A stretch of 64,000 bases of DNA from Paludibacteraceae bacterium. Lineage in GTDB: Bacteria; Bacteroidota; Bacteroidia; Bacteroidales; Paludibacteraceae. Of the stretch, positions 39,250 through 49,157 are shown piece by piece (positions within the stretch are counted from its first letter, which is position 1; each line of letters starts with the position of its first letter). The notes beneath the pieces were generated by a model. The model was not told the origin of the DNA and searched no databases. It saw nothing but the letters and a program-made list of their open reading frames with translations. Location of the stretch: contig JAGCFX010000056.1 of assembly GCA_017649925.1 (NCBI GenBank), positions 2,803 through 66,802 on the forward strand, written 5' to 3'. The position numbers and the translations under genes are program-made.

Positions 39250-39636
39250 ATGAACGAGAGAGAACGCATCGAGCAAGTGATTAAATCCCTAGGATTAACG
39301 GCTCGTCAGTTTGCAGCAGAGATTCGTGTGCAGCCTGGAACGATCAGTAATATGATGTCTGGGCGTAATAATCCCAGTTTTGAGGTCATAAAACGCATTA
39401 TGCAGCGTTATCCTACCCTTAATCCCGAGTGGTTGATAGTAGGCAAAGGCGAGATGTGGCGCACTGTGCCGGGAGAACAGGCCGGTTTATTTGATATTTT
39501 ACCGCCCGACCCAAGCAGTAAGGCGCATAATACGCAAAAAGAAGAGCCGCAGACTCCTGCAGCTCCGGCTAAACAGATAAAAAATATCGTTGTATATTTT
39601 ACAGACGGTACTTACGAGGAGTTCGTAAGACCGTAG
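39250..39636 (+). CDS. XRE-type helix-turn-helix transcriptional regulator
   Basis: N-terminal HTH LGLTARQFAAEIRVQPGTISNMMSGRNNPS. Confidence 0.8.
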   Translation: MNERERIEQVIKSLGLTARQFAAEIRVQPGTISNMMSGRNNPSFEVIKRIMQRYPTLNPEWLIVGKGEMWRTVPGEQAGLFDILPPDPSSKAHNTQKEEPQTPAAPAKQIKNIVVYFTDGTYEEFVRP

Positions 39637-39678
39637 TAAAACGTAGTTTGCGTAGATTACGAAAATAACGTAAACAAA
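39632..39678 (+). repeat. 9-nt-periodic CGTWGTTTN-type repeat tract (copy A, intergenic)
   Basis: CG dinucleotides at 39632, 39642, 39651, 39660 and 39669. Units are cgtagtaaaa, cgtagtttg, cgtagatta, cgaaaataa, cgtaaacaa. Confidence 0.8.
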
Positions 39679-39705
39679 AAAGCACTGCTCACTGCAGTGC
39701 TTTTT
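39676..39705. terminator. bidirectional terminator hairpin shared by the HTH gene and lon
   Basis: A5-AGCACTGC-TCACT-GCAGTGCT-T5. The lon stop codon lies in the loop. Confidence 0.7.
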
Positions 39706-42052
39706 CTAATACCTCGCTGATGTCCCGCACGTAGTGCAGTTTGAGGCCTTTGAGGTAGATATCGTTGATTTCCGCCACATCTTTGCGGTTATCCTCGCAG
39801 AGGATAATATCCGTAATACCTGCTCGTTTAGCCGCGAGCAGTTTTTCTTTTACGCCACCGATGGGCAGCACTTTGCCGCGTAGCGTCATTTCGCCGGTCA
39901 TGGCAATCCGTGGTTTGACCAGGCGTTTGGTAAATGCGCTGACCAAAGCAGTAGTCATTGTGATGCCTGCCGAAGGGCCGTCTTTGGGGATAGCGCCTTC
40001 CGGCACATGGATATGTACCGCGGTTTTCTCAAATAGTTCGGGTTTGATGCCCAGTTCCTTGGCATGTGCTTTGACGTAGCCGAGGGCGAGGGTAGCGGAC
40101 TCTTTCATCACGTCGCCGAGGTTACCCGTAAGGGTAAGGGTGGGCGTTTTGGAGGTAGAGAGGCTTGTTTCTATAAATAGTATCTCTCCGCCGACCTGTG
40201 TCCAAGCGAGGCCTGTGACCACGCCGACATATTTATTGGTCTCCCACGCGTCGCGTGAGTAGCGCGCCTGGCCAAGGTAGGAGCGCAGGTCATCGAGCGT
40301 GACAGAGACGTTATAATCCTCGCTGAGGGCTATTTTGGTGTCCACTTTGCGGCAGATGGTTGCAATCTGACGCTCGAGGGAACGGACGCCGGACTCGCGG
40401 GTATAATCTTCGATTATATGGGCGAGGATTTCTTTCTTGAATTTGAGTTGTGTGGACTTCAGTCCGTGGTTCTTTAATTCCTTTGGAATTAAGTGCCGTT
40501 TGGCAATCTCCTCTTTCTCTTCCTGGAGGTAACCGGTCATCTCGATGAGTTCCATGCGGTCGAGCAGTGGTCTCGGCACGGTGTCGAGGGTGTTAGCGGT
40601 GGCGATGAAGAGGACTCGGCTGAGGTCATAATCCACGTCGAGGTAGTTGTCATGGAATGTGCTGTTCTGCTCGGGGTCGAGCACTTCGAGCAGTGCAGAC
40701 GTGGGGTCGCCCTTGTAGTCTGCGCCTATCTTATCGACCTCATCGAGCACAAAGACGGGGTTGGAGGTGCCGCATTTCTTGATGTTATCAATAATACGGC
40801 CGGGCAGTGCGCCCACATAGGTACGGCGGTGTCCACGGATCTCCGCTTCGTCATGCAGACCGCCCAACGAAATGCGCGCGTACTTACGTCCGAGTGCCTC
40901 GGCGATGCTCCTTCCGAGACTTGTCTTACCGACTCCCGGAGGTCCGTAGAGGCATAGGATAGGGGACTTGACAGGGTTGGCTTCCTTCTCTTTTTTAGTG
41001 CGAAGAGTTAGTTGCCGCTGTACTGCAAGGTATTCGACAATCCTTTGCTTCACTTTATCAAGTCCAAAGTGGTCTCTATTCAGCACCTCTTGTGCATGCG
41101 TCATATCGTAGTTATCGTCCGAATAAATGCCCCACGGCAGCTCAAGCATGGTGTTAAGATAGTCGAGTTGGGTGGAGTAGTCGGGCGAGAAAACATGCAT
41201 ATGCTCGAGTCGCTTGAGTTCTTTGTTGAACTGCTCAGCGACGGACTGTGACCATTGTTTCTCCTGGGCGCGTTGACGGAGTTCCTGAACGGTCTGCTCA
41301 TCGTTGTCGCCGAGGTCTTTTTTGATGGTCTCAATCTCTTGCTGTAGGAAGTACTCACGCTGACGTTTGTCGATTTTCTCGGCTGTGCGGCGTCGAATAT
41401 CGGCTTTGATGGTCAGTTCCTCGAGGTCTTTCTGGAGGATGGTAAGGATTGCTTCTGCGCGCTCAGAGAGGGAGTGAATCTCCAGCAGCCCTTGTTTGGT
41501 GTCGGTAGGGATGTGGTACATCGAGCAGACATAATTGACCATAGTAGGGTCGTTATTGAGGCTCTTGATGGACATCTGCAGGCCAGCCGGGGCATCTTCT
41601 CGCTCGTTGAGTATCTTGACCACCGTCTCACGGATGCTCTCGGCGGTTGCTTTGAACTGCTTGTCGTTTTTGAGAGGCATGTGCTCCTCCATGACGATGG
41701 CATGCGCCTTGAGTTGGCCGTCTTCTTCGATGAAATCGGAGGCCTGGATACGGTGAAAACTCTCGAAGATAGTCATCATTGTGTCTTTGCCCATTTCGGG
41801 AACGGGTATGATCTGCAGCACGCGCGCCATGACACCGATGTTGTAGAGGTCATTTTCCTTGGGTTCCGCGAGTTTGCCGTCTTTCTGCGTCAGAATGATC
41901 AATCGTCTGTTGTCCTTGTTGGCAGCCTTGATGAGTTTGAGGCTGTTTTTCTTGGATACAGCAATAGGCAAGAGCACTCCCGGGAACAAAACGGTGTTCT
42001 TGATAGGGAGCACATCATAGAGGTTATTTTCCATTACAGCGTTATTTTCCAT
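39689..42052 (-). CDS. lon: ATP-dependent Lon protease (endopeptidase La)
   Basis: Walker [10 protein letters not shown] and catalytic PKDGPSAG. Confidence 0.95.
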   Translation of the reverse strand: MENNAVMENNLYDVLPIKNTVLFPGVLLPIAVSKKNSLKLIKAANKDNRRLIILTQKDGKLAEPKENDLYNIGVMARVLQIIPVPEMGKDTMMTIFESFHRIQASDFIEEDGQLKAHAIVMEEHMPLKNDKQFKATAESIRETVVKILNEREDAPAGLQMSIKSLNNDPTMVNYVCSMYHIPTDTKQGLLEIHSLSERAEAILTILQKDLEELTIKADIRRRTAEKIDKRQREYFLQQEIETIKKDLGDNDEQTVQELRQRAQEKQWSQSVAEQFNKELKRLEHMHVFSPDYSTQLDYLNTMLELPWGIYSDDNYDMTHAQEVLNRDHFGLDKVKQRIVEYLAVQRQLTLRTKKEKEANPVKSPILCLYGPPGVGKTSLGRSIAEALGRKYARISLGGLHDEAEIRGHRRTYVGALPGRIIDNIKKCGTSNPVFVLDEVDKIGADYKGDPTSALLEVLDPEQNSTFHDNYLDVDYDLSRVLFIATANTLDTVPRPLLDRMELIEMTGYLQEEKEEIAKRHLIPKELKNHGLKSTQLKFKKEILAHIIEDYTRESGVRSLERQIATICRKVDTKIALSEDYNVSVTLDDLRSYLGQARYSRDAWETNKYVGVVTGLAWTQVGGEILFIETSLSTSKTPTLTLTGNLGDVMKESATLALGYVKAHAKELGIKPELFEKTAVHIHVPEGAIPKDGPSAGITMTTALVSAFTKRLVKPRIAMTGEMTLRGKVLPIGGVKEKLLAAKRAGITDIILCEDNRKDVAEINDIYLKGLKLHYVRDISEVLEKALQ

Positions 42053-42191
42053 ATGCTATTTTACATAATCACGATTAGGTTTGTACTTATTATATATTTA
42101 CAATATATGTTGTACAAGGATTATGCCAAAGGGTCAAAGTTGTTGTTTTTCTGCCAAAATGTCAGTTTGCGATTATTGTTGTTAATGTCAT

Positions 42192-42686
42192 TTACGAATG
42201 TTGTTTCATTCTTTCACGAAGAATCGCTTGTATGAAGTTGTCGAGCTTCGCATATTGTTTACGTTGCAGTTTGGAGGTATTTGCTTGCGGCTTTTTCTCA
42301 TATGGAGCTTCAGAGTCCGGTTGTTTGAACTGTGCGTAAAAACGTTTGCGGAAATCCTCCAGCTGTTTCCGCAGTTCAAGAATTTGCGTGCGTTCTGCCA
42401 ATGTCATGGCTGCCAATTCTTCGTCCGTATATTTGGCAGAATTGATGATTGAAGACGAAATACGCTTTGACTCGGCAAACAAATTAATGTTCGCCAATTC
42501 GGCGCCTTTCGGCGGATTTTTGGTATAATCTCGCGGATGAACAATTTCGTAAGATTCCTGTACGCCTTCTTTGAGAACCTTTCCCGTGGGTGCGCGGTAC
42601 GTCTTTTTCCGCATAATTGTTTTGCTGTCTTTCGCGTATTTCCCACGCATTGATTTAATCGGATCAAAAAACTCAATTTGACTCAT
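42192..42686 (-). CDS. hypothetical basic protein (164 aa)
   Basis: Long ORF with a K/R-rich composition and no recognisable motif. Confidence 0.5.
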   Translation of the reverse strand: MSQIEFFDPIKSMRGKYAKDSKTIMRKKTYRAPTGKVLKEGVQESYEIVHPRDYTKNPPKGAELANINLFAESKRISSSIINSAKYTDEELAAMTLAERTQILELRKQLEDFRKRFYAQFKQPDSEAPYEKKPQANTSKLQRKQYAKLDNFIQAILRERMKQHS

Positions 42687-42697
42687 AGTTTGGTATC

Positions 42698-42750
42698 TTT
42701 TGACTCTTTATTTGATATATTTTGACTCTTTGTTTGATATGTTTTGAATA
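42698..42750. repeat. tandem 22-bp repeat (2.4 copies) just upstream of the 164-aa ORF
   Basis: ttttgactctttatttgatata, then ttttgactctttgtttgatatg, then ttttgaata. Confidence 0.85.
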
Positions 42751-43218
42751 TGAAGGGGGTGATTTCGGGGTGATTAGGGGGATATTTCCGGGTTATCAGG
42801 GAGCTTTTCCTGTTACGTTTTAGTAGGGTGCTACTCTACCCTTTCTCCCATTGTCGGATATCAATAAACTACTTTTGCGAGTGCAAAGGTACAACAAATT
42901 TTTGAAATGTGCAAGATTTTAACCGAAATAATTCATCTGTGCTTGCATAGGGAAGTTACTTCGGTTAAAAGATTGCCGTTTGCACAACAGTGCGAACGTT
43001 CCTTCGAAGGCTAGGTGTCCCCGTTAATCGGGGAAACCGTAACACGGGAAGGGGCTTTATTAAAGAAATGGGGGAGGAGGTCGAAGATACAACAAAAATT
43101 TTAAATATGCAAACATTTTGTGAGAAATCTTACATTTTCTATGATCTTGCCCATATTTGTAGCCACAAAAAAGGTGAGGATACTTCCCCACCCCTTTGAA
43201 ATTACAGGAATATGCGGT

Positions 43219-43686
43219 TTATCTTACTACCGGATATAGTTCTACTTTACCATCATCTGATAGAATCCCTTCATATGAAGGATAAAAAATATCATAGCCT
43301 GCCGGTAGATATAGAGTAGAAGGATCTTCTCTATATGAAATGGCATTTTGAATATGCGTTTCCGCAAATGTCCACCAATAACAACCGCCTTGCGAACCTT
43401 GCCATTCTGTGCTGCCGTAAAAGGCATCTTTAGCTACCAACAAACTATCCTCATATTCCCCAAGTTCCAATTTCCAGACCTTTTGGTCGCCATCAACAGG
43501 CATAAACGAAATTCGGACGTAAAGACTGCTATCGACGGTTCGTAGCAATTGGTATTCCTTGAAATACGAAGTATACTCTGCTGGATGCGAGCATGAGCAA
43601 AAAAGGAACAAACTCAAGGATAATAAAAAATAGTGATATGTATGCATAGTAATTCGTATATATTTCATCCATTTCAGCATTATCAT
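43219..43686 (-). CDS. hypothetical lipoprotein (last gene of the TerY-P-type operon)
   Basis: Lipobox LFLFCSC. An alternative start exists at 43647 (MHTYHYF). Confidence 0.55.
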   Translation of the reverse strand: MIMLKWMKYIRITMHTYHYFLLSLSLFLFCSCSHPAEYTSYFKEYQLLRTVDSSLYVRISFMPVDGDQKVWKLELGEYEDSLLVAKDAFYGSTEWQGSQGGCYWWTFAETHIQNAISYREDPSTLYLPAGYDIFYPSYEGILSDDGKVELYPVVR

Positions 43687-43709
43687 CTGCTGAGTGTTAG
43701 TTTATTCAT

Positions 43710-44630
43710 TTATCGGTAGATTGACGCAGGAACGCTAATTGCCACAAAGGTTGGACCAGGAGGAAATTCATAGGTTGGCATTGGTTTTTCTCCTAATAAT
43801 ACATGTCCGTAGTCGTCATAGGGATTAAAGGCTTTATAACCGTAATACTTTCTATACAAATACGCGTAATCACGGAGTGCTACAGGATTTTTTGCCTCAA
43901 GATAGAACCATCGGTCATCTTTTTCAAAATAGCAGAGGATTTCAACTAACGCATTAGCATAAGCGCTTTCAAGCATTTGTTCCCTTTTCTGATAGTTATA
44001 CTGATCTTTATGAAGACGAATATCTTCGTAAATAGTATACATCATCTGTTCCGCATTTTTGGTATACCCTTTTTGGGCGATGATTTTTTGTAATCGCTCT
44101 TGTTTATAGTCTTCTCTCTTCTGTTGTATATCAAAATTACCATTGCTATCTTTGATTATAAGGCAAAGAAGGACAAGCATTATAGCTCCGTACGTACACC
44201 ATACGTAAATATTCCAATTACCTATATCAAAATATTTAAATAGCAAAGTCAATAGATAGGTTGGCCCACCTATTACCCCGCCAACCAAAAGCGCACGAGA
44301 AATAATCTCATCCCATACTTTCGGAAAATAATCCCGTATATTCTCCCATAATGTATATTGGGGATAAGGCATTGCAGGATGCGCATCAAGCAGCTTCTGT
44401 TTTTCTGCTTTTGAGAGAGGTTGAGTTAGTGTCACCTGAAGCGTTGAGGGCTTTGGCGCTGACATCTCTTCAAACTTGCCTTCACGAATAAGGTCAAAAG
44501 CCATCTTTTGCACGTCCTTATTATTCCCGAAAATATCCGCTAATGCACTCCGAAGTCTTTCATCGGACAATTGCTCAAGATTTGGATACTTTTGCAAAAA
44601 TGCGCTTAATAATGTTGCTGAATGGTTCAT
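43710..44630 (-). CDS. hypothetical two-TM membrane protein with Tyr-rich C-terminal domain
   Basis: TM segments ALLVGGVIGGPTYLLTLLF and VWCTYGAIMLVLLCLII. The 5' end overlaps the PP2C gene by 56 nt (alternative ATG at 44504). Confidence 0.55.
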   Translation of the reverse strand: MNHSATLLSAFLQKYPNLEQLSDERLRSALADIFGNNKDVQKMAFDLIREGKFEEMSAPKPSTLQVTLTQPLSKAEKQKLLDAHPAMPYPQYTLWENIRDYFPKVWDEIISRALLVGGVIGGPTYLLTLLFKYFDIGNWNIYVWCTYGAIMLVLLCLIIKDSNGNFDIQQKREDYKQERLQKIIAQKGYTKNAEQMMYTIYEDIRLHKDQYNYQKREQMLESAYANALVEILCYFEKDDRWFYLEAKNPVALRDYAYLYRKYYGYKAFNPYDDYGHVLLGEKPMPTYEFPPGPTFVAISVPASIYR

Positions 44631-45453
44631 GATTAGTAACTTTATCAGGTTGGCTTATTATTCCGGAAATAGATATGTCGTCATGTGAACCTTGCTCAGA
44701 CATTTGTGGGAGGAATGCCTGTAAGTCCGTAATAGCAGTTTCCATATTCTCTTGTATCATTTTCCATATAGTAGAATAAAATGCGCACAGACGTTCATCT
44801 GTCGGATATGTATCATCTACACCATCGGAAGCGACAAACGCTGCGACGGGCAGATTGTCGGTCATATACACGAAGCGAAAGCGACTGATAGCATCATTAT
44901 CGCAAAGCGAGGTTGTACAGTTTAAGAAACAATCTTCGTCCCAAGGGATGGGCTGAGATAAATTATCCTCCGCATCTATAATGACACATTTGCCATCTCC
45001 TATCTGTAAGCCGAAAAAACATCTTGCTGTCCGAACTATCGCTATGAGTGTTGTTCCGTAGGCGAACTGCCAATTGCCGACTTCGATTTGTAGGCGATCA
45101 GATTCACTTAGCTGGCTCAATTCTTCTTCAGTAAACGGAGATGCCGTCTTATCTTGTTCAATCAAACTATTCCAATTAGAGATAATACTAGCAGCAAGTT
45201 GTTTCTGCCAATCTCCTTTTGGAAGGTCAGTCATATTGTTTGTGGAAATCACAAAGTCACGCAAGATAAGCTTGGTGATCACTGCTGCGTTACGCGAACC
45301 TCTGTCGCTACGGAAATAGCGGTCGTTTCCATGCCCGTCGGCAATGATGCCGATAGCATAGTCTTTGGTGAAATAACTCGTTGCATAATCCTGACATGGT
45401 TTGTTAGTCAGGATATGCGATGAGCCTCGTTCTATGACATGAAATGCATACAT
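44575..45453 (-). CDS. PP2C-family Ser/Thr protein phosphatase (TerY-P triad)
   Basis: Motifs CQDY, IADGHGN and ASDGVDD. Confidence 0.8.
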   Translation of the reverse strand: MYAFHVIERGSSHILTNKPCQDYATSYFTKDYAIGIIADGHGNDRYFRSDRGSRNAAVITKLILRDFVISTNNMTDLPKGDWQKQLAASIISNWNSLIEQDKTASPFTEEELSQLSESDRLQIEVGNWQFAYGTTLIAIVRTARCFFGLQIGDGKCVIIDAEDNLSQPIPWDEDCFLNCTTSLCDNDAISRFRFVYMTDNLPVAAFVASDGVDDTYPTDERLCAFYSTIWKMIQENMETAITDLQAFLPQMSEQGSHDDISISGIISQPDKVTNHEPFSNIIKRIFAKVSKS

Positions 45454-45454
45454 A

Positions 45455-46186
45455 TTAAAATCCGTTTGATAATGCCTCTAAATCTGCGTTCTCTTTGAAG
45501 TCCTTTACCTGTTCGGCAAACTCTTCCTGTTTGGATTCGCTATCCGAATTGGTATTCCCTCCTCCGACACCGATTCCGCTACTGCGCGAACCGATCTTCG
45601 ATGATGTGACACTCACAAAACGAATCATCTGTTTCAACGCTTCTGGCGTGTGAGCAGTAAGAACCAATTCAGGATTGCCTGTAAACTCTGTCAGGACCTG
45701 CATATCGGCATCGTCACCGATAGCAATAGCTACGCGAATGGCAACTTTGAACCATCTGTTTTCGCGAAGACTGTCGAGAGCTTTACGATATTCATCAGTT
45801 GGCTGACCATCTGACATGAGAAATAAGACAGGTGCGAAGTTCCCGGTGGGCGAATTAAGAAACTCATTACGGGAAAGTTTGCTATTCAATTCATTGAAAG
45901 CCTCTCCCATGACTGTCATTCCGTTAGCAGAGAGGTCTGACCACGTAAGTCCTTCCACATCCGTCGGTTTGAATAGCCATTGAGTGGAATTGTCAAATTG
46001 CAGACAAGCCACTTTGATTTGCGCATCGGCATTCTCAGATGAGATATCCGCAATTTCCGGTAACACCTCACGAATAGCGGTGTTTACTGCGGCGATTTTC
46101 TCGCCATCCATACTGCCCGATGTGTCAACAATGAAGAATAATGACATTTGACGACGAGCGATTTCTACTGTTTCTAATGGGTTCAT
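45455..46186 (-). CDS. vWA-domain protein, TerY-like (TerY-P triad)
   Basis: MIDAS FIVDTSGSMDG. About 240-aa cytoplasmic vWA protein with no signal peptide. Confidence 0.8.
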   Translation of the reverse strand: MNPLETVEIARRQMSLFFIVDTSGSMDGEKIAAVNTAIREVLPEIADISSENADAQIKVACLQFDNSTQWLFKPTDVEGLTWSDLSANGMTVMGEAFNELNSKLSRNEFLNSPTGNFAPVLFLMSDGQPTDEYRKALDSLRENRWFKVAIRVAIAIGDDADMQVLTEFTGNPELVLTAHTPEALKQMIRFVSVTSSKIGSRSSGIGVGGGNTNSDSESKQEEFAEQVKDFKENADLEALSNGF

Positions 46187-46205
46187 AATAATAAAATTTT
46201 AAAGG

Positions 46206-47486
46206 TTATTGTATGTTAGCTTTTATTTGTGACGAGAATGATATCTCTACATTCTTATATATAGGCAGGCCGGTATTGGGTTTTATTTCCAATTCCTTAC
46301 CATTCGGATAGACGGCCTTCCAGGTGTCGTTTGTGCGATTCATCAAGCCCCATACATTGGGATTGTTCTTGTTAACGATCACCTCTCCGGTAACCGTAAA
46401 AATATCGTCCGCAGAAGATGTCTGATTGGCATATAGCTTCATCTTCGGATACAAGGCCACTCTCTGCTTTCCGACCACCAGCATCAGTGGTTTCTCTATT
46501 GATTTCTGGCAATTGAAGCAGAGCGTGAACGTCTTGTCCAAATCCACAAAGGTTTCATGTCCACATGTGTGCGTAAGTGTTTGGCTGCGCAGCTGTGTAA
46601 GGATCTTGAGCCAATCATTATCGGATTTTCGCTTATTAGGATTGCGCAAAGCATCCTCAGCAAATGCTTCAATAAACGCCTGTTGGAAGAACTCCGGGAA
46701 CAAAGGCCAACGATTGAGCACATTGGTGTGTATCCCGCGCACGGGGCGGTTGCTGTCCTTTTGGGAATCATAGATGAAGATGGGATTTTCGCCATATACA
46801 TTCCGCTCAATGGCATCGTTCAAACACGGCACTTCTGCAACACGTTTGCCGTCAAACGGATGATTATTGAAGAAAAGCATGAATAATATTACACTCAGAG
46901 AAAAGTAATCCGAGAGGTTATTCGGAGTGCTGTTGCCGATAACTATTTCCGGAGCCATATAGCGGCACTTGCCTTTGATGCCGAGATTGGTACTCGGTGG
47001 GCACACGTTGTCATTATCGCATATCAGCACATCGCCGGTATTCGGATTGAAGAAGAAGTTTCCATCATTCAAGTCTTGATATGACAATCCTTTCCTATGT
47101 AGTTCACGGAAGGCATAAGTAATCTGAATAGCTGCGTTAATCATCGCATTCCATGAGGCGAAGCGCGCTTTAGCCACCAGAAATTTACTGAAATCGACGT
47201 ACTCTTTCGGCCGAATGTCCATTATATAACCAAATCTGTTGGACATGCTGACCGTTACCTGCGGCCACAAGAAATGTTGCGTAGGTGCGCCTTTCTTTAC
47301 ATTCTCTTCCAAATTACGTGCGAAGCGCTTGGAAGGATATTTGTTATACACCTTTAGCGCATAATCATTGCGGTCAATTGAGACGCGATAAACGGTTCCT
47401 TGACCACCGTCGCCAAGTTTCTGTTTTACTGTTGCCGTGCTCCCATTTGAGAGCGGAATGCGGGTGTTTGGAGTTAGTTCTTTCAT
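46206..47486 (-). CDS. Ser/Thr protein kinase with C-terminal Zn-ribbon plus beta-rich domain (TerY-P triad)
   Basis: Start at the ATG at 47486. G-loop GDGGQGTVY, YALKV, catalytic YQDLNDGN, YMAPE, then CGHE..CFNC. Confidence 0.8.
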   Translation of the reverse strand: MKELTPNTRIPLSNGSTATVKQKLGDGGQGTVYRVSIDRNDYALKVYNKYPSKRFARNLEENVKKGAPTQHFLWPQVTVSMSNRFGYIMDIRPKEYVDFSKFLVAKARFASWNAMINAAIQITYAFRELHRKGLSYQDLNDGNFFFNPNTGDVLICDNDNVCPPSTNLGIKGKCRYMAPEIVIGNSTPNNLSDYFSLSVILFMLFFNNHPFDGKRVAEVPCLNDAIERNVYGENPIFIYDSQKDSNRPVRGIHTNVLNRWPLFPEFFQQAFIEAFAEDALRNPNKRKSDNDWLKILTQLRSQTLTHTCGHETFVDLDKTFTLCFNCQKSIEKPLMLVVGKQRVALYPKMKLYANQTSSADDIFTVTGEVIVNKNNPNVWGLMNRTNDTWKAVYPNGKELEIKPNTGLPIYKNVEISFSSQIKANIQ

Positions 47487-47513
47487 AATTTCAATCTTTT
47501 TCCAACTATACTG

Positions 47514-47521
47514 CAAATATA
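47514..47521 (-). promoter_or_regulatory. -7 promoter box TATATTTG for the kinase-vWA-PP2C operon
   Basis: TAnnTTTG on the minus strand, 28 nt upstream of the ATG at 47486. Confidence 0.5.
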
Positions 47522-47609
47522 ATGCAAAAAAATGTAGTATTGCAGAAAAAAAGAAAATCACGTGGGAATATAATCAGACATAAGACCCTGAAATTCAGTG
47601 CGTATAACA

Positions 47610-47641
47610 AAATTACCCGACCGGTTGAAGTCAGGTAATTT
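47610..47641 (-). terminator. hairpin separating the two island operons (weak terminator)
   Basis: AAATTACC ... GGTAATTT 8-bp stem with a 16-nt loop, located 20 nt after the stop at 47662. The T tract is poor. Confidence 0.35.
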
Positions 47642-47661
47642 GAGGTAGAAAAAAGATGCCT

Positions 47662-48900
47662 TTATTGTCTTGCAGCAGCTTCTCGCGCTTGATTAAAGCC
47701 TTTGTTGCTGTTTGAGAAATCTCCGGAAGATCCGAATGTCACCTTACCTATTTGCTGCATGGCTAGATAGTAATCATTCCGTGATAGCCTGTCTTTAGTG
47801 AAATAGCCTAATTTGTATTGAAGTTGATATAGCAAATTTCCGTAATCAGCAGCCGTCTTACATTCCTGAATTTTTTCACGGACCGCACGTCGGCACTTTT
47901 TACCCAAATCAGTTAATGCTTTGTTTTCATCCACGGGGTGGGGCTTTAACTGAACTTCAGTTACACGGTATTCAGGTATTTGGAATTTCTCGTATCCTTT
48001 GAATGAATGGATTTGCTGAATGATATATGCAAAGTACCCACGATGCCATTCTATCAGAGAATCCACAAAGTATGCTTGGCAATGCTCACGTAGGAATGTT
48101 TCATCTTGATTCAATCGGGTCACTTCCAATTGCGCCATTGCTATATACGTCATCACATCAATATTTTTTTCATCTACAGCATGAGGAGTTGTTTCAACAT
48201 AGCCTTTGATAGCTTGGGAAAACAGGAAAGCAAAGCTTTTGTAAATGCGTTTCGCTGACACGCCGTTGGTGTTGATGTCGTGCAGTTCGTTTAGATGAAG
48301 TCCTTCTTTATTGTCATTTACACTATAGTCTGCCGTAGCGCGATTATAGCGGAACGCATCATCATAGATAGTTTTATTCAACCATGTTTGATAGTATGCA
48401 TATCGCAACATTAACAGCATAAAGGGACTGACTACATGCATAATAGCCCCCATAAAATCCAAGTCTTTTTTTATGTCTACTTTGGAAGGATTGTAATTAT
48501 CCAATGCAGCCTCAGATGAACCGCATTCTTCTTCCATCATCTCGGAAAACATATCGAGGTTTGCCGACTCAAACGCCTCCCAAGAGATTAGTTTTTCAGG
48601 ACTTAAGAGATTTTGATATTCATCAACTAATAGCTTATCTTTCCAATAATCAAAAATAGGATATATTTCTGGATGATCAGTGAAGAACTTTTCAGAGCGG
48701 TTCAAATATTTCAACTCTATAGGCAATTGAAGAATATCTGTAAAATTCTCTTCGTTTTCCGCTCTATAAGCTATCCATAGGTCATTCAAACTATCTTCAG
48801 ACACATGATATGCGCCTATAGGAATATGCGAAAGTGCATAATGACCAAAACCATCGGTATAAATGTTTATTGATATCGTATTGAGCGTTTCAAGATCCAT
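47662..48900 (-). CDS. hypothetical protein (412 aa)
   Basis: Long ORF with no motif I can recognise. Confidence 0.55.
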   Translation of the reverse strand: MDLETLNTISINIYTDGFGHYALSHIPIGAYHVSEDSLNDLWIAYRAENEENFTDILQLPIELKYLNRSEKFFTDHPEIYPIFDYWKDKLLVDEYQNLLSPEKLISWEAFESANLDMFSEMMEEECGSSEAALDNYNPSKVDIKKDLDFMGAIMHVVSPFMLLMLRYAYYQTWLNKTIYDDAFRYNRATADYSVNDNKEGLHLNELHDINTNGVSAKRIYKSFAFLFSQAIKGYVETTPHAVDEKNIDVMTYIAMAQLEVTRLNQDETFLREHCQAYFVDSLIEWHRGYFAYIIQQIHSFKGYEKFQIPEYRVTEVQLKPHPVDENKALTDLGKKCRRAVREKIQECKTAADYGNLLYQLQYKLGYFTKDRLSRNDYYLAMQQIGKVTFGSSGDFSNSNKGFNQAREAAARQ

Positions 48901-48908
48901 AATAATGA

Positions 48909-49133
48909 TTACATATCTTCATATTGATTGCCATAAGGACCGTAGAAGCGGACACGCCGACCATTGCGGAAGGAAACAATGACTGCCCCACCCGCCCACA
49001 TCGCATCTACGATACTTGCGTCTGAGATAAGGTTATAACTCTGCCCTCTTGATGAGAAGACCTTTACCGTGTAGCCGTCAACAACTACATATTGATACTC
49101 GCTAAACTCGCGAGGCCATTCTGATGTATGCAT
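48909..49133 (-). CDS. hypothetical small protein (74 aa)
   Basis: ORF packed 8 nt from the downstream gene. Confidence 0.45.
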   Translation of the reverse strand: MHTSEWPREFSEYQYVVVDGYTVKVFSSRGQSYNLISDASIVDAMWAGGAVIVSFRNGRRVRFYGPYGNQYEDM

Positions 49134-49157
49134 AATAAAACTTCTTAATTGATGATA

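Noticed and set aside
42990-43199. 69-codon GTG-initiated ORF in the island spacer.
   Set aside because: It has an Arg/Gly-rich implausible composition and overlaps strong RNA hairpins. I treat the region as non-coding.
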